A DNA stretch of 60,000 nucleotides, from positions 91,948,001 through 92,008,000 of the forward strand of contig OZ076409.1 of the NCBI GenBank assembly GCA_964187785.1, given 5' to 3'. The position numbers were made by a program, and so were the translations under genes. The notes below the pieces were generated by a model. The model had not been told where the DNA came from and did no database searches. It saw only the letters and a program-made list of their open reading frames with translations. The stretch is from Amphiscolops sp. MND2022. Lineage: Eukaryota. Shown piece after piece: positions 1 to 12,700 of the stretch. The first letter of the stretch is position 1; the number at the start of each line of letters is the position of its first letter.

Positions 1-321
1 AAATTTGAAAGCCACTTAAACGTTTTCCAATGCAAAATTCATGAGTGGTTTTGAGATATTGCCAACAAAAAAGCATATACAGTACTGCTACAGGACATGC
101 AAAACCTTGGAATATATATTGGAGATTTCGGAAGATCTGAGCAAACACGCGAGGAAGAACTTCATTGAATCAGGCTAGTTTCGACGGTTAGACTCATGAA
201 TCCATGTCTAACTGAATTGAATGTAAACGCTGCTTTTCAAATTACATGCGCGAGATATTTCAGTAAACTTCCGGAACTGCTCTAATTCTCATCCCTTCAC
301 ATTATTAGTAGAACATCAGAA

Positions 322-1046
322 AACAAGCCGAGAACGGCCAAAGTCGGCACTATATCTAAGGCTCAAAAAGTGCAAAATTTTCAAAATATGCTCATGACGT
401 TTTTTTATGAAAGACTCACAGAAAAGTTTCACCCAAAGGAAGCCTTCCGTGCTGAGAAAACGCTTCAGAAGTTCGAATATAGCGGCTGGGACAAATGCGA
501 GCACTTGTTTTCGAACCTCCGCCTCCTCCTCAGTGAAACGGAATATACTTCGGAAATAACGTCAAAAATTCGGATATAGCGCTTTACTCCGGATATTACG
601 TTCAAATTTCGGATAGTATTGAAAAAATATTGGTGGATATGTATTGAGAAAACCTAATGTCAGATGAAAAATGACAATTTTGAACAGTCTCATAGTGCCG
701 AAAAATCTGAAAGGGGGGACCCTTTGGGATTTTCAAACATCTATTATGTTTCAAAATATCAAAAAAATTGAAGGGGGACACTTTGGTACAATCAAAAAAT
801 TTTCAAAAAAAGTCTCATAGTGCCGAAAAAAATCCAAGTTAAAAACACCCAGATAGCCAAAGTGGGGATCCTTAGTTTTTTCAAGGTTCTGGACGTCGGT
901 TTTATAATTTTGGATGAGGTTCTAAGGTTTGCGGTATGTTTTGGTCAAACTGAACAAATGAACAAAAAAGTGGACCTTACGCGACTAAAAAAACTACCCA
1001 CTGTAAGAATCGGGCACATTTTCTACTAAAATGCGCTGACTAAAAA
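322..1046 (-). mobile_element. Helentron-associated non-autonomous repeat (HINE/DINE-1-like), copy A, degenerate
   Basis: Begins aacaagccgagaacggccaaagtcggcac and ends gcgctgactaaaaa, the same termini as the other copies. Internal gaaaggggggaccctttggg motifs. Confidence 0.65.
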
Positions 1047-1793
1047 CAGCCGCGTCTGCGGCAAAGGAGTCGGAAACGGTTGAGAAAATCGAAAAACGTC
1101 CAAAAATGGCTGTTTTTTAAAACCATTTTTGGGCTCATCTTGGCTAGTTTCCCCGATTCCAGTCATACAATTTTGATGCCATTGCGCACTTAGGACCACT
1201 TTTGGGTCTAAAATGACTGCAAAACTTTTATAAAAACCGTACGGAGTTTTTGAGAAATTTTCATTGAAAGGTAGGGAGAAAAAGGTACGATTGCATAAGT
1301 AGTCGAAAATTTTTTCTGACTCCTAAAAAAACGGATTCAGAAACGTCAGAGGTTCTTAAATGCATCCAAACAAAATAGTCCACATTTTTGTTCACAAACA
1401 AAACATTTTCAAACAGCAAAATAAAGGCACATCACAGGCTACAAAAAAGCAATGAGAAGCGGCAATATGATTCATATGATTTTAAAAATACTGTCAGACA
1501 CACTCAAACTAAATCATTGAACGGAAGTATGTCGTATCATAAAACAAAACAAAACTGAGTAGAAAACAGGAAGTTCGAAATAGCAATTAAAACTACCAGA
1601 AGTTACATGAAAAGGTTCACATAAATAATCTCCATATTTGAGGAAAATGTACTTTAAAGGGAGGAAACTAACACGATTTCATGACTATCAAAAACTTTGA
1701 ACACGATTCAAAATACTTTTTCATCAGGATTTTTGGGAAACAGAAAAACTAGGTTTGGTAATGAGTGTAGGTAGAGACGAAACAAACACTAAC

Positions 1794-1847
1794 CTTTGTT
1801 AAGCTGGAAGCATTTAACTTATTCTTGTCGACTATTTTGACAGCAAC
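1794..1847 (-). CDS. par-1: PAR-1/MARK kinase internal exon (54 bp; VAVKIVDKNKLNASSLTK, kinase subdomain II)
   Basis: Reverse complement reads ...ctgtgttttag|GTT GCT GTC AAA ATA GTC GAC AAG AAT AAG TTA AAT GCT TCC AGC TTA ACA AAG|gttagt. Phase 0-0. It continues the 9160-9654 exon and matches the MARK consensus VAVKIIDKTQLNSSSLQK. Too short for the ORF track. Confidence 0.93.
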
Positions 1848-2297
1848 CTAAAACACAGAAAACACACCTTTAGATGCACAAATAATTTAAAATCTAGATT
1901 ATACATACTAAAAAGTACTGCTACGCAGCTGATCCATAATAAAAAGTGAGGTTAATGTAAGTTGCAACATACTTGCAATAAATTTTCATTCCTGCAAATT
2001 GAGCAAAAATATTGGGCCAAGTTTGGTTTCACTGATAACTTCATCGAAGTTTTGTTTGTTGATTGCGGGAACTTCAATAAACAACAAGAATCAGCATTTT
2101 GCCCGATACTGAAGCGATCGAGTATATGTTTGATTTGGATGATGCTATCTATAAATTAGACAACGGATTTTAATCGTACATCGCATTACGCTCTCCTGGC
2201 AATCCTGTACGGCATTTGTAGGATTCTACAATTTACAAGATTGCACAGAATTTCCTTTTGTTTCAATCGTGTAATGGTTCTGATATCATGTTTCGGC

Positions 2298-2625
2298 GCA
2301 AGAGTTTTGGCACCGCTAATCGGCGATTTAGTGAATTAGCGGCCGCACAAAATTTTCCAAATATTAGCGATTCAAATTAGCGGCAACTAATAGGTTGTCC
2401 GAATTCAAAATTTCTTGGAAAATACGCGGATTTTCAAAATGAATTTCGAAAAATTCCAACTCTTACATTTGTAATTCTCACAATATGAAAAATTTTAGTC
2501 TTATTTCTCGCAAAGATTGAATTAACACATCATTGGATTTCAAAACATACTTGAATTCAAACAATTAATGGTTTGAAGAAAAAGTTTTTCAGCCGAGTAG
2601 CCATTTTGAAATTAGCGGCTTAGCG
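2298..2625. mobile_element. MITE fragment with ccgctaat/attagcgg subterminal motifs; related copy at ~6165-6422
   Basis: The block agcggcaactaatag...ttttgaaattagcgg is shared by both loci. The left end caagagttttggcaccgcta resembles the reverse complement of tagcgatgtcaaaaccctg (6422). No TSD recovered. Confidence 0.5.
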
Positions 2626-4519
2626 AAAGCTCTCATCGGTGCTTTCACTGGGTACAAAATACCGTCATATCTACCAAATACTCCACATTGTGTCTACGAA
2701 AAATCAACATGTTAGTTCAACGAAGTTTTATGACACTTCAAAACAATTGCATTTTATGGCAATTGTAGGTAACTCAACTTGTAATGCCAGCCAAAATAAC
2801 TCAGACGTCAAATCATGAAATTTCAAATCGATATCCTTGCAAAAGAACTGAGCAAAACGAGTGGGGAGAAATTTTGAGACGAAAGAGGAATTAGGTTAAA
2901 ATAATTCGGCCCAGGCACTGTTCAGCCTTGAAGATAGACAAAGCTTAAGCGCATGAAACCATCAAATTGTGGTTTCAGTTTTGTGGTCTCAGCGTCACAA
3001 GTTTAGCGTTCACTCAACGCGCTCGGGCAACCAAAGTACGAAATAGCCAGAGATCCAGTATTTCCTTCTTTCCACTGCACTGGTGTTAAAGTGCCAACGT
3101 GGTCGTGGGAATTTATCCGTGTTTAAAGTTTATTCATAATCAGCGGTTGGCACAGTGAAGCCAAAAGCCATTTATAACAAATGAACGCGACAGATTATTG
3201 CACATTCAAATGCAATACAATCACTTTATGTCACTATCTCTCGCTAAATCAAGAATTATGCATGTGAAGCAAATCAGTTGTTCAGCCAACTCCCCAGGGA
3301 TAATAAGGGTTCAATTTTTATTAAGCACAGACACCCCAATTGCGCTGAAATTTCCATTACACCAGCCGGAACTTCTATTCCCTTGTGCAAGTAGTCAATT
3401 GGACTATTTAATTAAAGCTGAGACAGTAGCAACACTAGTTTTCATGTTCCATGTCTTGCGTAGGCCAATAGCGTAACTTAGGAGTAGGTTCCGATCTGCA
3501 AGTAAGTTGCAGCTTATTGTGCCCCAGGTAAACTGATTTTTACATGGCGAAACATCTGAACCGCTTTGCTTTATTTATCAAACAACTGTAAGCTCAAGAA
3601 ATAAACACAATATTGCCTAGCAGTTCAATGCGGTCTTCATGCGGACGAATTCTTTCGCGATCAACGCATACCCTCAATTTCAAAGAAGTTGACAACTATG
3701 CGAATGCTTGATATTTGTGTTCATTATCTTAAACTATAGCTTTGACAAACCCAAAAATTCGAGTTCGAAATTCGAGGCATGTCAAATTTGACGTCAAAAG
3801 ATTGACAATATCAAAAGCAATCTTGATCCTGGGGCGACAGTAAGTTTGCTAGAATTCCACATGAAATAAAGATTTCAAAAGCCAAACACGGATAGTCGCT
3901 AAACTTTGTCTACCACATGAAAAAAATCCAAAGCTAACTTTTCAGCGTAATTTTCACACACAAGGTTTTGTGCTGGACTGAACACATCAAATCGAGATGT
4001 CTAGCTCTGGTAACTTCAAAGAATTTGATAAAAAGAAAAATGGTTCCATTAAATTTCGGTCATAATCAGAGTACCAAAGTGAATTCGACAGCATACTAAG
4101 TTCGAATTGCCAGAACCAAACTTTGAGAATTGATTATAGAACTCATTTCAGTAGTTTTTATTGCGAGAAGTCTATCAACTTTTGGCATATTCACAAAATC
4201 GGTCGAGAGCAATCCGGTTCGCTTTCACTGTAAAACACTGATAATGAAGTACTTCTTTGACAACCAAATATTTCGCCACCGTCGACAATGTTGCACATCC
4301 AATTTAATATCAAGATTGGCATTACAATGACAACTTTAAAGCGTTTATTAGGCTAAATTGTCAAATGGGAGCGCAAAATCATACCTGACGCCATGAACAC
4401 CATTTCCCGACTTGAGGTGAACTTTTTGATCAATTGCTGGTCATATATAAAATCGCATATACTCTAGGGTAAAAAAACTAGATACTTTTCGCTAGTTAAA
4501 ATTATCAAAGCTCGATACG

Positions 4520-5137
4520 TTTTTAGTCGGCGCTTCATGAAGTGAAACGCGACTATTATAGTGACTTTTCTTTTTTTTCAATCCACACGAACTGACCAAA
4601 ATAGTTCTTAAAAGTTCTACAAAATATTATTGCACCAAATTGCACTATTTGGTCTAGCGAACTGAACCAAAAAGGTTTTTCCTGTTTTCCCGCGTACCAT
4701 ACCAATACCGGGGAGACCAAAGGGTCCCCCTTCCAATTTTTTTCGGCACTGCGAGACTTTTTTTCCGGAATTTTTTTTCCCCAAAGCGTCCCCCCTTCAA
4801 TTTTTTTGCGACAGAATGGATGTTGGAAAATCCCAAAGGGTCCCCCATTTCAGTTTTTCGGCACTGTGAGATTTTTTTCCGAAAATAAAAATTTTTGTTT
4901 TCTTCAATTTTTTCATGTTTTGCGACTGAATGGATGTTGAAAAACCTCAAAGGGTACCCTTTCACTTTTTCGGCATTGTGAGACTTTAGCGCGCTAGCGA
5001 GCCCCGCCGCGCCACTCGGTCCATTTTTTTCGATTTTCGATTTTGGAGTACTGTAAGAGAATACTTGACACTTGGAAGTCTTTTTGCTATTTTTGAGCCT
5101 TGGATATGGCGCCGACTTGGGGCGGTCCCGGCTTGTT
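4520..5137 (+). mobile_element. HINE/DINE-1-like repeat, copy B
   Basis: Starts ttttt-agtcggcgc (subTIR) followed by a partial inverted repeat. Ends gcgccgact (subTIR), a GC hairpin and ttgtt. It is the reverse complement of copy C. Confidence 0.75.
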
Positions 5138-5569
5138 GAGTATCTATTTGACGAAAAAGTCAAGATTTAAATTTGTCTATATTTTACTCTCGAAAAAGTT
5201 ACTGAAAAAGGACAGGGACAATTTTTCTACCCTTGATAGTTTTAACTTTTAGTTTAAAATCTAGTACGAGAAAAATCAAAAATATATATCTACGGAATAC
5301 AGTCTCATAGTGCCAAAAAAGGAGTGCCTAAACGCTTTTTTGAAAGCGAAAACATTTACAACTCAAGGAGTACCCTTTGATTTAATTTTTTTTTGAAAAT
5401 CATGTCGAAAAATTTTCTTTTCGGAAAAAGTCTCATGCAGCCGAAAAACCCAAAAGGAGACCCCCACGTTTAAAAAAGTGAAGAAGTACCATTTGACCAA
5501 ATGAATTTTTTTCGAAAACGGTAAGTTTTTCCCATTAGTAGAACCTCTCCTCGCTATCTCCTTAGTAGA

Positions 5570-5955
5570 ACGCAATTTATTTCGGATATAACGTCAAAGG
5601 ATCGAAATAGCGTGCTGGGTCATGTGGGAGAGTTTTTTTGAACATCGGTCTCCTCCTTAGTAAAATGCAATTTACTTCGCATATAACGTCGAAGTTCGTA
5701 TATTGCGCAATGATTTCGAACATCGGCTTGCTCCTTAGTAAAACGCAATTTCCTTCGGATATAACGTTAGAAATCAGGATATAGCATGCTGGGACAAATG
5801 GGAGCGCTTTTTTCGAACATCCGTATCCTCCTGAGTAAAACGCAATATAGTCCGGACATAACGTCAAAAATTCGCATATAGCGCAATATTTTCCCCACCT
5901 CCCCTTAAGAAACACAGCTTACTTCGGATATAACGTCAACAATTCGAACATAACG
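5570..5955. repeat. Degenerate minisatellite of ~75-95-bp units (core ctccttagtaaaacgcaatttacttcggatataacgtc)
   Basis: About five units here. Related units occur at ~470-620 and, inverted, at ~47700-47832. Confidence 0.7.
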
Positions 5956-6555
5956 TGCTGGCTAGGCCAAATGGTCTTTACCGTATGAATAACATTTGCA
6001 CTCCATCTGTTCTCAGGAAAATTGGACGGATCAGAGCTACTGAAGAAAAAACTAGCCATTGTAAGTGTCGTAATTTTTCTCCGAAAACGCAGACTCACCA
6101 ATTCAGGGAAAATTCTGCTCCTGTGAGTTTTGGCCTAAAGCGAGGCAGTTTTTATTTGCGGTTCAAAATAGCGGCAACTAATAGATTGTCCAAATTCGAG
6201 ATTCTTTTGAGTATACACTGAGTTTCAAAATGGATTTTGAAAAAATCCAACTCTTACCCTCGTAAAACCCACACAGTATGAAAAATTCTAGTTTTTTCTC
6301 GCAAAAACTGAATCAAGTAATTTTAAAACATACTTGAAATTGAACATTCAACAGTTTGCAGAAAAAGCTTTTCAGTGAAATAGAGATTTTGAAATTAGCG
6401 GTTTAGCGATGTCAAAACCCTGCTTGCGGTAATGGTTGTCTGTAGATTTTTGGCACCATAATGTATCCTAATATTATCCTAGAGACGTAATTGCAGCTTG
6501 AAATGGTTACATGGCATAGAACCGCTACTTTTGATCGTTATTCGCTACCTGAGCT

Positions 6556-7091
6556 AACAAGCCGGGACCGGCCCAAGTCGGCGCCATATCCAAGGCTCAA
6601 AAATAGCAAAAAGACTTCCAAGTGTCAAGTATTCTCTTTTACAGTACTCGAAAATCGAAAATTTTTCGAAAAATAAATGGACCGAGTGGCGCGCCGGGCT
6701 CGCTAGCGCGAGCCCCTGGCGCGCTAAAGTCTCACAATGCCGAAAAACTGAAAGGGGGGACCCTTTGAGGTTTCTCAACATCCATTCTGTCGCAAAACAG
6801 CAAAAAAATTGAAGGGGGACCCTTTGGGGGAAAAATTTTCCGGAAAAAAAGTCTCGCAGTGCCGAAAAAAAATCGAAAGGGGGGACCCTTTGGTCTCCCC
6901 GGGCATGGTATGGTACGCGGGAAAACAGGAAAAACCTTTTTGGTTCAGTTCGCTAGACCAAATAGTGCATTTTGGTCCAATAATATTTTGTAGAACTTTT
7001 AAGAACTATTTTGGTCAGTTCGTGTGGATTGAAAAAAAAGAAAAGCCACTATAATAGTCGCGTTTCACTTCATGAAGCGCCGACTAAAAAA
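6556..7091 (-). mobile_element. HINE/DINE-1-like repeat, copy C
   Basis: aacaa-gccgggaccggc (hairpin)-ccaagtcggcgcc ... gtcgcgtttcacttcatgaagcgccgactaaaaa. Ends are near-identical to copy B in the opposite orientation. Confidence 0.75.
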
Positions 7092-8644
7092 CTGCCTCGC
7101 AGTCGAGCTATTTTAGTTTCGCTACTTTTTGAGAATATAATTTTTAGCACAAGTGAATTTCATTGATTACCCATAGTTTCGAACGAATCACTCTGGAAAG
7201 CAGCCCCTTTTATAATTACAGCCAAAAATTGTTCCAGAAGTTTTGTCGGTGGAGTTCATGGCACACCAGACAAATTCACGTCGTTAAAAGCGAATCACTC
7301 TCCGGGCGCGTACATGACAGGCTAACTGCCGGGGAAGCAAAAGACCAATGTTTTGGGAAATACTGGAACTTCAAGTTAATGCGATGAAGATGGAAAGTAC
7401 GATTTTGATGACATACGTAGCGAACACTGAAGTAGTGAACTGTTAAAAGCAACATAGCACGCAGAAAGAGAGCAAATAAACGAATCTCATTGGCTAATTA
7501 ATTTCATTGGTCTAGAGTTATTTCCAAAACATTTTTTCAAAAATTTTTGACCAAATTACAAATTTTGATTTCGACAAATTTTCTTTGTTAGAAATTCACC
7601 CGAAGTTCGACGAATTTTGACAAAAAAATTCACCCGAACATTTGGAATCTGACCATAAGATTTTTTCTTCAATATTTTGTAAATTGTATTAGTACGAGCT
7701 TGTGATTAGTTGATAAATTCAAAATAGTATTTTAATACATGTATTTTCGAAAAAGCCTGACTTTACAGCTTATTTTTTCTCAATCAAAACATATCAAGGG
7801 CTTCAGTAAAATCAGGGGAGGTCCATTGAACATAGCATTTTTCACAAATTTTGAGCAAAAGTAGATCGAAAGTGAAAAAACTTCAATTTTGACCTAAATT
7901 TGGCCTATCGTAACGTACAATTTTCATCGCATAATTCTCAAACATTTGTAAACTAGATAAAAATCTAGAAAACTACTCAATGCGTGTACCATCAGATAAT
8001 ATAAAATCGAATTTTTCAAAATCTATTTTTTGCATAAATCTCAATCAACTTAAACGGATTTCCATTATCCTTTTTCCATTGCATTATTATAAGAAACGGA
8101 AACATGTCAGAATTTCCGAAACGCTGAGAACCCGATATGGAGAGCAACGTGGTTTCTCGGAAGCATCAGTTAAAATTTTCTGCGGAAGCATTTGTAAAAA
8201 AGTTCTGCAGAAAAGAAAGTAAAAAGTGTTACTGACAACGAGTTGCAAAATTGTGTGGCCGAAGTATCGAAAACTGTAGGGTATACACATGGACGCAAAA
8301 CAATGATCATTTGATCCATGATGTAATGAAATCCAACCAATGAGCGGCGCTGAACAATGCAATAGCATCATTCATTCACACAAATGCGCGTGCCTCAATT
8401 GTGATTAACGATTTTGAAATATTCGATTTCAATTTAAACGATGGTACACGCATTCTACTCCTACCATTTTTCGAAAATCACTGCCGTTTTTGAGATATTC
8501 GATTTTGAGATTTGCCTCATATTGCTTTCTCTAGAATCGTTATTGTACTGTTGATGATCCATACGAACCCTAAAGACATTTTCTAGAGCATGGCAGTAAG
8601 TTTCAAATTTTGCGACGCTGTTAGCAATATACAAGTTTTCTTTC

Positions 8645-9111
8645 TAGAGATGTGATCGCTAATAATTTTATCGCTAATCGCTAGCATCGCTAATGACTTG
8701 ATTTCATCGCTATCGCTACAACAAAATGGGTTCGCTAATCGCTAACGCTAATTAAAAAATCGGATTTTCAAGATATTCATTAGAAAATTTCAGAATTGTA
8801 ATTTGAAAGTAACAAATTTTGAAAAATTTTTGGGCAAAATCCAGTTCGCCTTGGGTTCTGCACATTGCCGGGCACATTTAATAACTCTTCGAAAGAAAAT
8901 AAAAGTCAAGTTACAGCCAATATGATGTGTCAAGTTATTCGGATTAAATTATTGGCTAAATTAAATCCTTAAGTTATTCGCATAAGTTGATTTTGAATTT
9001 TTTAATTTGATTTTGAATGAAAATGTTCGCTAACGCATTAATTTGTCGCTAAATATAGCTATCGCTAATTCATGCTGAATTGTCGCTAACGCTAGCGCTA
9101 TCACACCTCTG
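8645..9111. mobile_element. hAT-type MITE (467 bp)
   Basis: TIRs tagagatgtgat / atcacacctctg. 8-bp TSD tttctttc / tttcattc (one mismatch). Many cgcta subterminal repeats. Lies ~50 bp from the par-1 splice donor. Confidence 0.75.
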
Positions 9112-9159
9112 TTTCATTCAACAACAAAAAAATGAGAAAGACGAAATGTCAAAACTTAC

Positions 9160-9654
9160 ATCTTTATCAGACGGGAGATGTTTGGCCAGCTTCACTTTGG
9201 CGAAGTTTCCTTTGCCGATGGTCTTGCCCAATCTGTATTTACCAATGATATTGTCATGAGAACGACTCGTTCCGCTTTGGCGCGTTGAAGAACGATCGCC
9301 GGAAGCTCCGCCAGAAATTGGTCCTGCTGTCATTGCTTCTTGTCGGGAACTTCTGCGGGAACTGGAGGTGGTAGTTCCAGCACCGGAACTACCGCCTGCT
9401 GACTGTTGGCCTGCCGTGATTGCTGATTGATGGACTCTTCTCACAGAATGACTTGTACTTCGGCTCCCACCCTCGTGCTTTGAATCCGTAGTTGAACTCT
9501 TTTCGTCTCTCACCAATTCAGACTTGGCAGCTCTACGACTCGATCTGGCATTTGAGTTTTCGTTAGTATTCGGAACAACTAAGCTTTTGACTAAACTTCG
9601 GGCTTCAAAGCTTTTTCCATTCACTGCTGCGTCATCATCGGTGCCTATAGGGTT
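9160..9654 (-). CDS. par-1: PAR-1/MARK kinase exon (165 codons; Ser/Gly/Arg-rich N-terminal region plus kinase subdomain I)
   Basis: Inside ORF 9118-9777: IGKYRLGKTIGKGNFAKVKLAKH is the MARK-family signature. Acceptor ttttcag|AAC at 9655/9654 and donor GAT|gtaagt at 9160/9159. Length 495 bp, phase 0-0. Confidence 0.93.
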
Positions 9655-10762
9655 CTGAAAACATGCAAAATATTTCACACGCCACAAACTATAAATCTGA
9701 CGATTTTGTAAATAATTCCTGAACAGCATTAAGCATTGAAACCAATGGTCGTTTTGAGAACAGTGCAATTCAAACATCTTTTAGCTTCATGAAATCTTAT
9801 TAGTCATAGTTCTGACCAGTAAGAGGTAGTTTGGATTTTTAAAAAGATTCATTGACAAACGAACAGAAAAATGTTTCCTTTTTGACCCAGTAGCTTGGTC
9901 AAATGAAGCATTTACTGACCAACTCAAAAAACAACTGGAAATACATATAGTCGAACAAACGAGATATTGATGAAGCTAATTTGCGTGAACGAAAGACAGA
10001 GGGAGCTTTTCACGCGAAACATTCGGTGAGCTTGTCATCATAAACAGTTCCGAATATACTGACAACTTTCTCTATCGAATTTGGGTTAAACGGAAACGAG
10101 TTTGGACATGAAGTTTTTTGAATAGCTTAAATATAACTCAAAAAGGTTGTACAATATCCTCCAGAGAAGACGTCCAAAGAGATTTTCTGTTCTTATGTTC
10201 AACACAGAGAAGGAAAGTTCTATAATGTGCCTTTTTGGGTGTTGAGTATAAAGTTTCGACTCAGATACAAGTTTTTTTCAGCGTACAGTAGTCAACTAGA
10301 CAGGTTAAACAACGACGCTCGTACTCAGCTGAAACAACAGCCCGACTAATGGCAATGAACGAAACAAAACTGGCCACCTGCAACGTGTACATAGACATGA
10401 ACAGCGAGTTTTTAATCATCCCCAAGGATCCATTTCTCAATTAAATTATTGGATGGTCCGTAGTGGAAATGAATCATAACCTAGGAAACCTACAACGTTC
10501 CCAGAATCATCCTCCACATCATTGTTTCTTTCGGGGCCATTACAAGACAATCGTGCACCCGCAAATTTATGTGGCACCATTTCGGTCACAAACACAGAGC
10601 CACTTTGTACTTTCACGTAATAGACTGTATTTCACGTGGCATTCTGCATGAGGATCCAAGTGGAGTGCAAATCAATAATTTGCACGAAAATCACCCCCTC
10701 CTCAAGCTTCTCCCTCACCAGTAGCAAAATCTACCTAAACCAAGCTTTATTTAATGTCTTTA

Positions 10763-12046
10763 CACTCAAGGCCAAAAGTCTTTGTAAAACAGTTTTTTCA
10801 GCGATCTTTTCAAAAATGAACGGAAATAAAAAACTGATCACGCTGTTCACGAATTTTTCATTGAAAAAGAAATTGAGTTCACAAAACGGCTAAAACTTTG
10901 ACAATGGGTTCTTTTTCAATTAAAAAACGAAATCACTGACACGCCCTTCATGTACTAAGGGCAAAAGTTCTATCTCTCTTTACACCATATCACGGTTTCA
11001 GTGCGCGCGGTCCTTATCCATTTTTTCCATTTAAATTGAAAAACGAAGCGAATATATTGGAGCGGCTAAATTTGGAACTTCATTCAAAGACATTGCTATC
11101 CGATTTCATACGAAAACGAAGACAGTAAAGGCGATTTGGAACAATTACCGTCAAACTGGGACCGTTAAAGACAAGCCTCGTCCAGGGAGACCAAAAATTA
11201 CCAATGCTTAAACCAATCGAAGGATTGTAAGAGAGCATAAGAAACACCCTTACCTGACTGCGATCGAAACAGGGAAACGTTTGGAACATTGAAAGAGAAA
11301 CGGTTTCTTGAACTTTAAAAATCATGCATTATTATGTCGCAGACCTGCAAAAAAAGTATTCCTAACGCCACTCAATAGACGAATGCGTGTTTTTCTTCGA
11401 CGGGACACGTTGTTGGATTAATTCTTACACGGATTCTTACAGATAAATGTGGTTTTTCAATTCACCAGTCGGATGGTCGCGTTCGCATTTACCGACGAAG
11501 TCAGGAAAGATTCAAAAACCGCACTTGACTGATAGAGAAACATCAGTGTCATCACGGGAAATTTCAGAACCAACCTGGTGAAATTTGATGGTAAGGTGGA
11601 TTCACAAAAATACATAAACGAAGTTTTGAGGCCAGATGTAATACGTTTATCATTCCCAAATATTTGGATATTTCAATCTGACAATGCCCCACCACACACC
11701 GCACAAATAACTTCAGATTTTCTGGAACAAAACAACATCCGAGTCCTTCCATGGCATCCTCCTTCTCCTTATTTGTCACCTATCGGATACTTTTGGGACC
11801 AACTCAAAAGAAGACTTAGTGCGATGTCCCCATTGCCACATACCGTTCAGGAGCTGAAAGATGCGATCCAGTATTTGTATCTTACGCATCCTCAAGACAG
11901 TATAAGAACGTTTTCACACAATGCCTCGCTGAATCAACGTCTGCTTTCGAAGTTGAGGCTACGGAACGAAATAATAGACAAACGAAACTAATTTTGATAT
12001 TTCGTTACAATATCTCTTAACTTGCAAAGACCTTTGACCTTAAGTA
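10763..12046 (+). mobile_element. Tc1-family DNA transposon, full-length but decayed
   Basis: TA|cactcaaggccaaaagtctttgtaa ... ttgcaaagacctttgaccttaagta|TA (22/27 inverted match including TA). Transposase remnant IFQSDNAPPH...WHPPSPYLSPIGYFW, in which the catalytic E of the SPDLNPIE motif is lost. ORF broken by stops and frameshifts. Confidence 0.88.
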
Positions 12047-12700
12047 TAGTTCATTCAAGTTTACCACCGTGTCAGTGTCTCCCTCGTTGTGCATATCGAA
12101 AAAAAACTTTTTTTAAATGTTCATATTCTTCGGGAACCATTTCTTCGCTGGTCACAAGTCACTTGACCTAATTTTCTCGTTGAGTTATTTGGCTCAACAT
12201 TTTCGAGCTAGATGACCACAAATATACGCCAAGTCAATTCTAACTCAAGCAATGGCTAAAAACAACTCTTCAAGGCCAAAAGTGAATCCAATTCTCAACC
12301 AAATGTTAAAAAAAAACAACATTAAACAAAAAATGTTACGAAATGCTTAGATTAAGTGTTGTATGGCTCAGTCGCTTCGCTCCCTCCGCCAAGTAGCAAC
12401 AATGAGGCATAGCTATATGGCACGTCGCTCTACTTCGCTCCTGCTTTTGGGGCACTTTTACAGGTGTATGTCTACAAAGCTCACTACGTTAAAAAAAATC
12501 GACAAAATAGACACGCGTTTTCGAAATATTGATTCTATGTCAAATGCATTTATGCCAAGTGACTGATACTCGAGGCATTTGGCTCGAAAAAATTACGCCA
12601 AATGACCAAATGTGCTAGGACAAACTTTACGCCAAGTAACTCTAAGCGGGTGGCTGTAAATAGGTCGAACGTTTCTGTTCAAAAGGACAGAAGTCGAATC
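11009..12700 (+). repeat. ~1.69-kb direct duplication, copy 1 (copy 2 at 16655-18347)
   Basis: Near-identical sequence from ggtccttatccatttttt to ggacagaagtcgaa at a constant offset of ~5647 bp. The ORF track shows duplicated ORFs (11578/17224, 11080/16726). Confidence 0.95.

Noticed and set aside
4654..5163. Lys/Phe-rich ORFs in the dispersed repeats (also 6809-7054 and 29317-30046)
   Set aside because: They are translations of homopolymer-rich non-coding repeats, and the frames are not conserved between copies.
9655..9777. ORF-track N-terminus (and the 9118-9159 tail) as part of the kinase
   Set aside because: These lie outside clear splice sites and are intronic read-through of the open frame.
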